This document shows positions 53,451 through 64,000 of a DNA stretch of 64,000 bases, piece by piece. The stretch is from Marsupella aquatica (lineage: Eukaryota; Plantae; Marchantiophyta), in NCBI GenBank assembly GCA_973895155.1, contig OZ316893.1:21967617-22031616 (forward strand), in the 5' to 3' direction. The position numbers and the translations under genes were made by a program. Within the stretch, counting starts at the first letter, position 1. Each line of letters opens with the position of its first letter. Under the pieces are notes generated by a model. It had not been told where the DNA came from. It saw only the letters and a list, made by a program, of their open reading frames with translations, and did not search any database.

Positions 53451-54106
53451 ATCTCCAAACCTACATGGTTCTCTTTATTGGGTACACTAGATACCCAGAC
53501 TGATAGCATCCTTTTTTAATTTATTGTAAGTCCCTATCATGGCCAACTAAAAGCAGCCCCAGCCAGCAATTTTTTCTTGTTTAAATGTCCGTCAAATGAA
53601 TTTTGTACCCCTCAATCACCAAAATGATAATGGGATGTCATATATATACGGTTTGTCTGTAGTCAGTAGCTAGTGCATCCTTTTCGTCACTTATGGTCAG
53701 TCCTTGAAAGCATAACGAGCAAGAGTGATCAGTCATTTGCATGTGGAGATTGAGTAGTTTGTCAATCACTCATTCTTCCATCTCACTTGCTTGATCCTGC
53801 TGTAGCATCCGGTATATAAGGGGCTTCTGCTAGCTGAAAGTGCTCATTCGATCATCAGTAGCAGTGCTCCGTGTAGACGAGTTACCCACCTGGCGCAAGC
53901 AACATCCCTTGCTGTCCTTTAGCCCTGAATTGGTGATAGTTTATGCCTAGAGTCCTCACAAGTTGAAGCGAGTTAATCATCAACTCCTCGGGCTTCTAGC
54001 TAATGCAATCTCGGTATAGCTAGTTGTAATCTGGATTTCTGAGTATTTTTCTGGTGCCAAAGCAAGCAGTGGTCGGGCGGGGCAGTGGGAAGGCTGTACG
54101 TAATCA

Positions 54107-55351
54107 ATGGCAAGGAGGTTGCGATTGACGCCACCAATGAGCTACGAGGACCTGGAGGAAGAACTGCTACCAGGCATCCCAAATGACATCACCCTCCACG
54201 AGATTACACCAAAGCTGTCTTTTTCTGAAATTTCGGAACTCTCTTTGACAAGCAGTATTTGGAAGAAGGCTATTCGAGGTCATCTTGTCGAGGATGCGAG
54301 AGTTCGTAGTAACTCTGAAAAGGGTTTTGCTGTTTTTCTGCGGACATTTAATGGGCATGCAAACGGTGTTGCTGACAATAGGACCACAATTTGGCTATAC
54401 TCCATGACACATAGAACTTGGTTCGAGCTTCCTCCAATCCCTGGCATTCGGAAAGGCTTTCCACATCGTTGCCAAGTTGTCTCAGTGGATTGCAAGATAT
54501 ATGTTGTGGGAGGAGCACTCTCTAACAAATTGCACGAGGTTCGAGAGATGAGCCGATCACATGGGAGGAGGAACGTATACATGATGGATTTGGTAGGACC
54601 AAAGAAATGGAAGGAATGTGCACAAATGGGAGAAGCAAGACAAGATTTTGGTGCTGGTGTCATGAATGGGAAGATTTATGTTTTTGGGGGTGTGTCCAAT
54701 TGTAAACTTATATGCGGAGCAGAAGTTTATGACCCTAAAGCTGATTGCTGGTCTCCCATAAAGCCCATGGTATCCACATTCCATGCTTTTCACCAGGTTG
54801 TGACAGTTGGGGAGGAGATTTTTGTCCAGGGCTCGATCATTCGTGACTCCACTGATAGAGAAATTGATGATCCAAACGAGATTAATAATATCCTTGAGAA
54901 TCCCCTCAAGTCTGTGAAGATCTATCACCCTGGCAAGGATGAGTGGAGGTTGATGGAGCCTTTGGGGATTGACGTTCGTGTGGGAGGCGATTTTGGAGCA
55001 TCCTTCGCTGTCCAAGGAAATTTCTATCATATGACTCCTATTGGCGTTTATATGTATAATACAGAAAATCAGTAATGGTCACTTGTTCAATCATGTTCCT
55101 TTACTAATAATCAAGGACGGCTGCAACATGGGCACAATGTTAGGAGCGTCCTTTCTGTGGAAAAGGAGCTTTTAGCAATAGTAAGAATAGATTATAGTTT
55201 CTTGAATTCTGAAGAACACCTGCTACATACAAAAGGGTTTGGTCAGAACAACAAACAGATCAACAGGGAGATGATAGTAGAATGGCCTCCTCTAAGTCAT
55301 AAGGCAGTGCCTGGACACAGTGTAGCCTATCAGTTGCTCTGTTCAATTTAA
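54107..55351 (+). pseudogene. F-box/Kelch copy 6: full length, single nonsense mutation (TCA>TAA at 55073-55075)
   Basis: 1245 bp, collinear with copy 1 with no net indel. Could encode a 322-aa truncated protein retaining the F-box and the N-terminal Kelch blades. Confidence 0.88.
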
Positions 55352-55814
55352 GTTTGAGCAATGCATGGCGGAATATATCATTGCCTCACCAATTGATATA
55401 TTTTGGCATTCCTCATTTCCCAATAATTGGAACACTTTTATTTGATCTTCCGAGACATCTCTTTTCTTCCAGTGGCAAGGATCAATCGATCATATGGAAA
55501 TATCTTTTGTTTGTTTGTAGAATGGATGAAAATTAAACACTAGTACCTCGGGTGCCTAGCTAGGATTCAAATTGTTTCTCAACAGCACGCATATATAGGT
55601 GCGTCTATCACTATCTAATCGGAGGCCAACCCGGTGGAAACAGTAAATCTGCAGACTAAGATGCTAATTGAAATGTCGAAAACAACACCCGCCAGTGCCT
55701 TAGTAACGCCTTTTGCCGGCATGTTTACGTTTTTTGGGAAGTTATTTGATGGGGACATGTCCGGCCATTTCGCACCTATATACTCGAGGACAGATGAACA
55801 TTACATTTAACTAC

Positions 55815-56246
55815 ATGTAAGCTATATATGTATCTGAACATTTGGGGATTGTCTTTCTCACGTTCCAAGAATTCCCGTTCGATGAGTGGGTTAATAATCC
55901 CTTGAATTGATCAACTTTGGTTTAGGCTGTATGACACAGAGCACACTACGCGTTAGTCAAACCTTTTCACTTCGATTAATTGGCATAGCGCGCACAGTAG
56001 CGGAACTTCTTTTCATGGAAACTCAGGTTCAACTACAACGACCTGAAAGCAAAAATCCACCAGATTCTTACAGGAACTAGAGCACGCTGAAATAGTACCT
56101 TGAATATAGCTGTTGGTAAGACAAAACCTTGAGACTTTTCAATATTCTGACAATGGATGCATCAACAGCAAACCGTCTTCTGACTGTGTCGATATATAGC
56201 TTTAACAACTTTGTTCTTCTCATCCATGGGATCGAGGAAGAGGGAT
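55815..56246 (-). pseudogene. CUL1: CULLIN1 C-terminal (neddylation/winged-helix) exons, frameshifted; about 56246-56072 and 55926-55815
   Basis: CAG|IPLP/PMDEKNKVVKA/IDTVRRRFAVDASIVRILKSLKVLSYQQL..|GTAAG, then CAG|PKPKLI../LIEREFLEREKDNPQMFRYI. These match CUL1 [36 protein letters not shown] and [22 protein letters not shown]. Confidence 0.88.
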
Positions 56247-56784
56247 CTGTCACACATGCCCCATAAGTCAACTCCATTGATGCAGACCTTCCAGTACAAA
56301 AGCCAGCAGTCCATGCACTCGATCAATTGTTTTATATAATGGCACGTACGTCCAAAAGTAAAGTTAACTAATTAAATAGCATATACAACAAACGGGTTTA
56401 TTAAATGCAGATCGGCTTCGATCTGTAATATTGCATATGCACTTTTGTCAATCGGCCACATTTTGTCAGCTTCTGTAAATCTGATCAAAGACATCTGATT
56501 AATCGAATAGATCTTTACCTTCACCGTCCAATTTGGACCACTGATAGACACACAAGTGTATTTAGTGAGCGGGATGTCGACGTGTTTTTTGCCGATTGTG
56601 CTTTCCAGCTGTAGAGTGAGTGCCGCGGGGTACGCCTCCTCTGTTTGAATTATTTTGTCATCATGCGCGCCACCCTGTATTCTGAACGGGTTTGCAGCGC
56701 ATCGGGTTGTATAATGCTCAACTCTGAGCAGTGAATCAAGCAAGCAGAAATCATTATGCATTCTGTTTGAATCTATTCGTGTGT

Positions 56785-56923
56785 ACACGCCAGCTATCTC
56801 TTTGTTCACATCTCGTGCTCATTTGTGCTACACACGCCAGTTATCTCTTTGTTCACATCTCGTGCTCATTTGTGCTACACACGCCAGCTATCTCTTTGTT
56901 CACATCTCGTGCTCATTTGTGCT
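56785..56923. repeat. 47-bp tandem triplication
   Basis: ACACGCCAG(C/T)TATCTCTTTGTTCACATCTCGTGCTCATTTGTGCT starts at 56785, 56832 and 56879; single copy at about 21838. Confidence 0.9.
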
Positions 56924-57025
56924 TTAGCTCGCATCATTGACAACTTTGCAGCATTATACAAGCTAGTGTGGCTCATCAGTGATAGCGGGAGTGGTAGGTG
57001 CTCGTTGATTTCCACGTACGTACAG

Positions 57026-60000
57026 GCTGTAGAATGTCTCATGCAAAAGAGAGAGCCAAAGGGCAGAGAATTACCTGCATATAATGCCACTAGTGTACCA
57101 AAGCTGTTGGAGGTTTGATAATTCTCCTATTTCCTCCTAGGGTTCATCTGTACGTACCTAGGCTAGGGAAGGAACCAGTTTTTGTGATGCTGTAGCAGGT
57201 ATCTGCGTGCAGGGAATGGTCATACTGACTGTACGTAGATAGGAAGGATTTAAATGCGAGTTACGCTTATGGAACTAATGTAAGCGCGATTCTTTGCTGC
57301 CAACAATTCTTGCTCTTCTTACCCAATCATTTGTTACTTTCTTCACGTGATACAGACAGTTCAACATGATTGTTTGATATGCAAATCAGCACTTAAGTAA
57401 GGAGCAGTCAGTTTTCCGAGTCCTGTTGAGGGATCAAAAGGTTTTTATCTTAATTAGTTCAATTCTGTCGATATCTGTTCATAGTGTTCATAGTCTGCAT
57501 GTCTCACGTATATATATATAATATATATATATAGGAAGATAGAATATTGTTAGCATCATGCATGGAAAAGTTGCTTAATACTTGAACACCTATCACCACT
57601 CGAACACAAAGACGGAACCGGTCTTTTATTGGTGTACTATAATAGATTTCCAAGCTGCTGTCTCAGCTATTTTTCCTAAATCTTCGATCTGCTGGTTCTT
57701 AGTCATGCAGCTAGTGAGATACGTACTTGGTTCATCATCCCGCAGGTATCAGACCTCTCCAGGATGTACACACTCTTTTGCAGGCTTCCGAACGGGTTGG
57801 AGTCTGTGGCAACCCTATTTCGACAGGTTTGTGCTAGGGAGGTTTAGCTAGCTACCAGATTTTATTGCAAAATATATCATTTTCATAAACAAATTAAAAA
57901 TTGATCCTGATACACCTAGCTAATTACTTAATGTGCTGTTTCAGGGAAGTACTCAGCTAATATATTGAATCCACATGATGACATCATAAGCTAGGTATTT
58001 GAATGGCATCAATCTCATGCATGTTTTACATCTTTCATTGCTTTGCAGCAAGTCATTGACGAAGGGGAATCTCTGATCAAGCAAGCAGAATATGCAGCTA
58101 TAAATAAGAAGGTGCTGGTTAAGAAAACAATCCCTGGACCCTATGCATATACTAGTTATATGAACGAGAAGTGAATATAGAGATGTGGCTCGTATGGCGA
58201 TTAATTAGTCATATTTTCTAAGTACAGGGGCTGAATGAAGGTCTCACCGGTTCCATACAGTTTCGTGCTGAGCCTTAATTAGACAGATGTGTAGACTAGC
58301 AGTTGGTATCTCTTGTAATATTTGTCAAAGAGACTATATATCTCGGCATATATCTCTCAAACGTCACTTTCCTATAACTTGAGGCCGGGATGGACTGAGC
58401 TTTAATGTCCAATTTCATTTCCAGACTGAAACGAAGGACAATCCGGAGCCCGATCCGGAGCTGCATAGACCAGGTATATATCGCTGCTCTCGACTAGCTA
58501 GCTTAGTCCCATTCAAGATGTCTATTTCGTTAATTTCATTACAAGCTGAGTTTTCTTTGTATGTTAAGTCTTGCCATTCCACATCCACTTTATATAAACT
58601 AATTGGTCGAGTTGATGGATTGCTTACTGTTTTGGTTCATTTGTAGTAGGTTTAATTTGGGTTTGATCATCTTTTTATTAGAAGGTGGTTTCTTCATTTG
58701 ATAAACCATTGATGATTGTCTCTACCCCAGTATCCCCAAAGTTCACACTCCTATATATTTGATACCACTCAATAAGCTCTGGATTTCAAATAGTCACTCT
58801 TTTGGTATAAATTATCGTATCAGCTAAATTTGAGCCCTGCCCTCTGAGTTGGATGCAAGCAGGTGTGGAAGTTTATATATATAGACCTTCATGACAAGTA
58901 CCTCCAGTGGCTTAAGTAAGGGATGCTTTGCGAACGACCCTCTTTTCTTCAAGGTTTGAAAACCTCGTAATATCTTTGCATTTTGGTTCGTGTCAGTAGT
59001 CAGTCCGAAAGATTTCAGATAGTTTTGTGCAGTGATTCCAAGCTGGGATTCAATAAAGTAGGTGAAATCAACATCCATGGTTAGAAATCCTAGAGCACCC
59101 ATTAATAGTCACTTTGTTACAGGCTTTCAAGGAGGAAATGGAGTCCTTCTGCAACAAAAGAGGAGGGACCACCACTGCAGAATTGCCATATTTTGCGATA
59201 ATCTCCTTAACAAGGAAGACAGTCGGAACTTGGGTGACGGAGAGAAAATCGACGGACGCTCTTGAGAAGGTGCCTGCAATTACTAACGAACATTTCCATA
59301 CATATAGACTACATTGTTCACAATTTCTATTGTGTAGTGCTTTTGATGAAAATTTGGGATAGAGCACTTCATTAGTTAGTAATCAAGTTTTTTCTTGAAC
59401 GTAAATTGATCAAGGCAGAAAACATTTCAACTAGCTTGTGGTTGCCAGCGCCGGGCTCTTCTCGATTGGAAACTATTTAGATGTGATTCTTGACCGGGTA
59501 GAACCATCTATATTCTCTAGCTTCTGAATAGGATCTCCCCACCAAATTTCTATTGACACGTACATTGTTGCTGTTCCGTCCAGGCTATCACGATCCTTTC
59601 CTATGTGGGTGACAAAGACCTCTTTGCGGAGTTTGATCAGTGAGTTTGGTTTGGTAAATTTACATGATATAGTTAGGTGCAATGTTTTGTAACTATTTTC
59701 ATATGTGATGTTCTTTCAGCCACCGTGAATTTCTTGCTTTGGTGTAAAGCTATCCCATTTGGCAGGATCGAGTTCGAGATTTTATTGGAATCATTCATAA
59801 CCTGGGAGATGGCCAGGTATTTTTCAATTTACGCTCTTCCTTTTTCCTGCTCTCTTGTCCCCAGGAACAAGCTTGCTCGAAGGCTTCTCCTTAATAATAA
59901 ATGCGATGATGATCACGAGAAAATCATGCTACCAAAGCTAAAACAGCTGGCTGGAAGGCAATATACATACAAATCAGCAGGCATGGTATGTTTCTTCTAC

Positions 60001-60476
60001 TTGTTCTCATGTTCCTCAAGTAATTATAGTTTAATACGCTATCAGTGAAATAACTGCTGGACGGATATGTGGTGCATGTCCAGGTAAACCTCACAATAGC
60101 AAGGGAAACTCAAATTGCATTTGAGGATTACCTACGAGACAATAGAGCATCCAACCCAGGAATCAAACTATATGTCAGAGTGTTAAACACTGCATCCTGG
60201 CCCAAGTACAGACATCCAGATCTAAAATTGCCTGCGGAAATGGTACGTGAGATATTGATTGGCGACACTTTGTGCTTAATTATCTGAATCGTCTGTTGAG
60301 AAAAAAGTAAGCCAGTTATAAATAGATATACGTGATGTAATTAATAAAATTTATGTTCCAGGTCAGATGGATGGAGGTTTTCACAGATTTCTATCAAACA
60401 AAGAGACCAAAACAGAGATTGAGCTGGATGTCTTCTTTCGGAACATGTACCTTTAACTACTTTTTAACGTTTTAGG
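57026..60476 (+). pseudogene. CUL1: Divergent intron-containing CULLIN1 pseudogene, central exons: 57026-57112, 57746-57826, 58049-58111, 58863-58953, 59123-59269, 59584-59639, 59865-59985, 60084-60242, 60362-about 60476
   Basis: Exon translations: AVECLMQKRE..ENYLH..SVPKLLE; VSDLSRMYTLFCRLPNGLESVATLFRQ; QVIDEGESLIKQAEYAAINKK; IDLHDKYLQW/GCFANDPLFFK; AFKEEMESFCNK..AEL/FCDNLLNK..DALEK; AITILSYVGDKDLFAEFD; NKLARRLL..DDDHEKIMLPKLKQLAGRQYTYKSAGM; VNLTIARETQIAFEDYL..NPGIKLYVRVLNTASWPKY..LKLPAEM; VRWMEVFTDFYQTKRPKQRLSWMSSFGTC. The order and GT-AG positions follow plant CUL1 as recalled. Several exons are frameshifted. Confidence 0.9.
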
Positions 60477-61275
60477 ACGTGTTGAATCGTTTGAACAGTA
60501 ATGATGAGACATCTTGCAAGGAGATTATTTTTCAATTTACCATTTCCCTCTAGTTTCAAGTTTTTCAAGACGTTGAACTTCCTGTCAATTTTCTCCAATT
60601 GCAGCCCTATTTCGACAGGTTTGTGTTAGGCAGGTTTATCTAGCCACCATACTTTATTGCAAACTAGCTTATTAGCTTTCAATAAACAAATATATTAAAG
60701 GTTCCTGCCACACCTCGTCACTTATGTGAAGTGCTGTTCCAGGGATAGCATTCGGTTAATATTTGAATCCACACGATGACATGATGAGGTTGTTTTGAAT
60801 AGCGTCGATCTTTTATTTTACATCTTCAACTGCTTTGCAGCAAGTCATTGACAAAGGCGATCAAGCATGAGGCCGGCGCATGTCCCCCTCAAATAACTTC
60901 CCAAAAAAAGTAAACATGCCGCAGATCGAAGGCGTCACTAAGGCACTGGCGGGTGTTGTTTCCTCAATCAGCATCTTAGTCTGCAGATTTCCTCTTTCCA
61001 TCGGGCCGGCCTCCCATTAGTGATCGACGCACCTATTCGTGCTGTTGAGAAACAATTTGAATCCTAGCTAGGCACCCGAGGTGCTAATGTTCTTCCTCCA
61101 TTCTACAAACAAACAAAAAATATTTCCATATGATCGATTGATCCTTGACACTGGAAGAAAAGAGATTTCTTGGAAGATCAAATAAAAGTGTTCAAATTAT
61201 TGGGAAATGATGCATGCCAAAATTTATTAATTGGTGCAGCAATGATGTATGCCGCCATATATGCATTGCTCAAAC

Positions 61276-61800
61276 TTAAATTGAACAGAGCAACTGATAG
61301 GCTACACTGTGTCCAGGCACTGCCTTGGGACTTAGAGGAGGTCATTCTACTATCATCTCCCAGTTGATATGTTTGTTCTTCTGACCAAACCCTTTTGTAT
61401 GTAGGAGGTATTCTTCAGAATTCAAGAAACTATAATCTGTTCTTACTATTGCTAAAAGCTCCTTTGTCACAGAAAGTGCGCTTCTAACATTGTACCCATA
61501 TTGCAACCGTCCTTGATTATTAGTAAAGGAACATGATTGAACAAGTGACCACGACTGATTTTCTGTATTATACATATAAACGCCAATAGGACTCATGTGA
61601 TAGAAATTTCCTTGGACAGCAAAGGATGCTCGAAAATCTCCTCCCACACGAACGTCAATCCCCAAAGGCTCCATCAACCTCCACTCATCCTTGCCAGGGT
61701 GATAGATCTTCACAGACTTAAGCGGATTCTCAAGGATATTATTAATCTGGTTTCGATTATCAATTTCTCTATCACTGGAGTCACGAATGATCAAGCCCTG
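61276..61800 (-). pseudogene. F-box/Kelch copy 7: 3' fragment
   Basis: QGLIIRDSSDREID...HINWEMIVE, then a frameshift; stop codon position at 61276-61278. Its 3' flank again ends in the CUL1 exon remnant (60600-60866). Confidence 0.85.
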
Positions 61801-64000
61801 ATGGAGCAAACTGGTACCTTAGAATAAACAAATGAGTTAAATGTGAAAAATGGATAAGTCCCAAATTTCACTGCTAACAGCAATTTTTTTTCATGAAATT
61901 AGGGAGTAGAATGACACCTTAAATAGAGGAAAGAAGTGAGTGGAATGTGGTCTAAGGCAGCAGTTTTGGACACTTCCCCCTTATGTATGGGCAGTTGTGG
62001 TTTAATGTAAGGAATAAATGCAGAGTCTCACAACTTATTGTAAGTAGCTATCACAGCCATCTGAAACTAAGCCCCAATTAACCCTTATCTGGTAATATTC
62101 CTAAAATTACAGCTAGATCAGCAACTGTCTACCCAAGATTACAATCTTGAAAACCCTGTAACAAGCATGGTATATAGTAGGCTACTATATATATAATTGC
62201 CTTTCATAGAGAGATCCTTAACCAAAAACCCAGGCCAAGAAAGTCTGATAACTTTTATTAGAGTGATTGGGTACGTTGGACCTGGCTTTTTGTGGTTTGG
62301 TTTGCTGGGTCCAATCAACACCCCTCTTACACTAACCAAACCCAGTAGGGCTTAGAGATGCTCTAAATTATTATGGGATGGAAATCTCATCTGAGTTTAT
62401 GACTCAAACAAAACTAGAAAAAGTAGCAAGGATGAACCAAGGTGTTTCCTACAACTGACAATTACTTGGATGGGCTCTTCCCACAAATCACTGCAAAATA
62501 ACAAAAAGCACCTATTCTGTTCAAAGCTTGGTAGACACGCCAGTTACCTTGTGAGCTTGTTTCAGAGGGCTAGCTTATGTTCTGGATATATCTTCCAGGG
62601 TTTTTTGTTTCTACCGCCTGGCCATCGTTAGACTCCATGTGACTGTCTTACTGGCCAATGTAGGTTTTTGGTGTTTGTTGCTGGTGTACCCTTAACCTGT
62701 GCAGTTGACAGAGCCTGTAGGTCTTTGGACTAAGTTTCCCCTTTGCAAAGGTTTCATGTTTCTCGTTTTGGCCTTCTGGGCAGTTTGGACCCCTTTTCCT
62801 TGTTTTATAAAATCCTGGGGTGTTAATTTACTGTATAGTTTGGAATGCCATATGTGATCCTAGCTTAATCTCAATACTCATATTTTATAAAGATAACCTT
62901 CTAGGAATATATATTTTGTTTATCACAATTGTCACTATTTTCAGTTTAATTTTGATTCAGAAAATTAACCCAATTCACCTTAGTCATTCGCATCCAATGG
63001 CTGTCATTGCACTCAGTGTTGCAATTGTAAGTCGGGCCCAATCTCCCTCAAAGTGACTCTGATTGACCACCCTCTGCCTCAGTATGTGTTGCAACATGTC
63101 CTGTGTGCATGGCTTCTGCTCGGGCCTCTGCTTCTGTCGCAGGGAAAGGCCATGCAGTGGGAGAGGTTATATATGCAGTCTGAACAGATCAAGGTCACTC
63201 ATGCCTGGGATCAACAGAGGCCGAGCAAGTGAAGCCAACCCACTCCTCGTCCCCTGGGTGGTCAAAGTCACATTGAGGGAGACCGGAGCCATACAATTGC
63301 AACACTGGGGGTGATGATTGTCATTGCATGAGAGGGAGCTAAACTGGCTTAATTTTCTTACCCCGCTGATGAAAAATGGACATTGTGATGAATAGAAAAC
63401 AAACATGTGTCAAGTGGGGTGGCAAGGTACATATTATGTCACAGATGAATGACAATCTAATAAACCCCAGTTATAAGATTTAAGGGTTTACCTTGCCCAA
63501 GCCAGCTATCTTAATAAGTGCACAGCCATTCTGCTCAGGCTCAGACAGTAGACTTTTCCATAGAGTGGTCAATCTCGGGTGAGTTAACATTCAGATCCAG
63601 CTTCAGCGACTCACATTTAGAAGACAGGCTCAAACTGCAAGAAGAATTCCCAGAGGTGCTTCATCCTAAGTCACCAAGAATTCCAAACCAGACAGCTCCA
63701 TGGCTGAGGGAGCTGCTTCATGTTGTTAGAGAGCTCCTTGTTAACTCATCCTCAGATTTGTAACTTAGCTGTGTGAGATGTGATTTAGGGCTAATCATTT
63801 TGGGCTGTCACCAGCCTCCCCCCTCCCCACTCTAAAACTGGAGGTGTACGTTTCAAGAGTGGACCATTTTGTCCCTGTTTCTCATAATTATGATCAAATT
63901 TGAGGGTCTTCTCTCACCCTAGCCATCTTACCATTTTGTACCCTTTCCTCTTTCTGCTTTGCTCTGCTCGATCTGGATTGACTTTGTTTTGATTCCCCCA

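Noticed and set aside
56372-56809. 145-aa minus-strand ORF with RFTEADKMWPI, resembling CUL1 KFTDKMRRI
   Set aside because: The similarity is weak. A plus-strand reading (GPLIDT..FELF..YSER/AAH.V) fits an earlier CUL1 exon in collinear order at least as well, so it is left unassigned.

Overview
Eukaryotic land-plant DNA; the gene families and repeats suggest a bryophyte-like species, but the species cannot be determined from the sequence. 1-13 kb is decayed repeat DNA: an L1-type LINE remnant, a 5'-truncated CRE-clade (restriction-like endonuclease) non-LTR retrotransposon split by two TIR elements with 8-bp target-site duplications (TSDs), and a GC-rich 8-bp-TSD MITE. 16-19.5 kb holds one intact 6-exon START-domain (At4g14500-like) gene. 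From about 21 kb to the end is a scrambled, partly inverted segmental-duplication mosaic with seven copies of an intronless F-box/Kelch gene (one intact), an inverted partial START pseudogene and nested MITEs. The ORF track hides a divergent, intron-containing CULLIN1 pseudogene. Its last exons lie tail-to-tail with F-box copy 6, and remnants of its middle exons sit at the 3' flank of the other six F-box copies, so the amplified unit appears to be an F-box plus Cullin (SCF subunit) gene pair. Comparing paralogs also shows a recurrent 4-bp insertion signature, XY -> XY-revcomp(XY)-XY, which causes many of the frameshifts. All homology calls come from manual translation and recalled motifs, not database searches.
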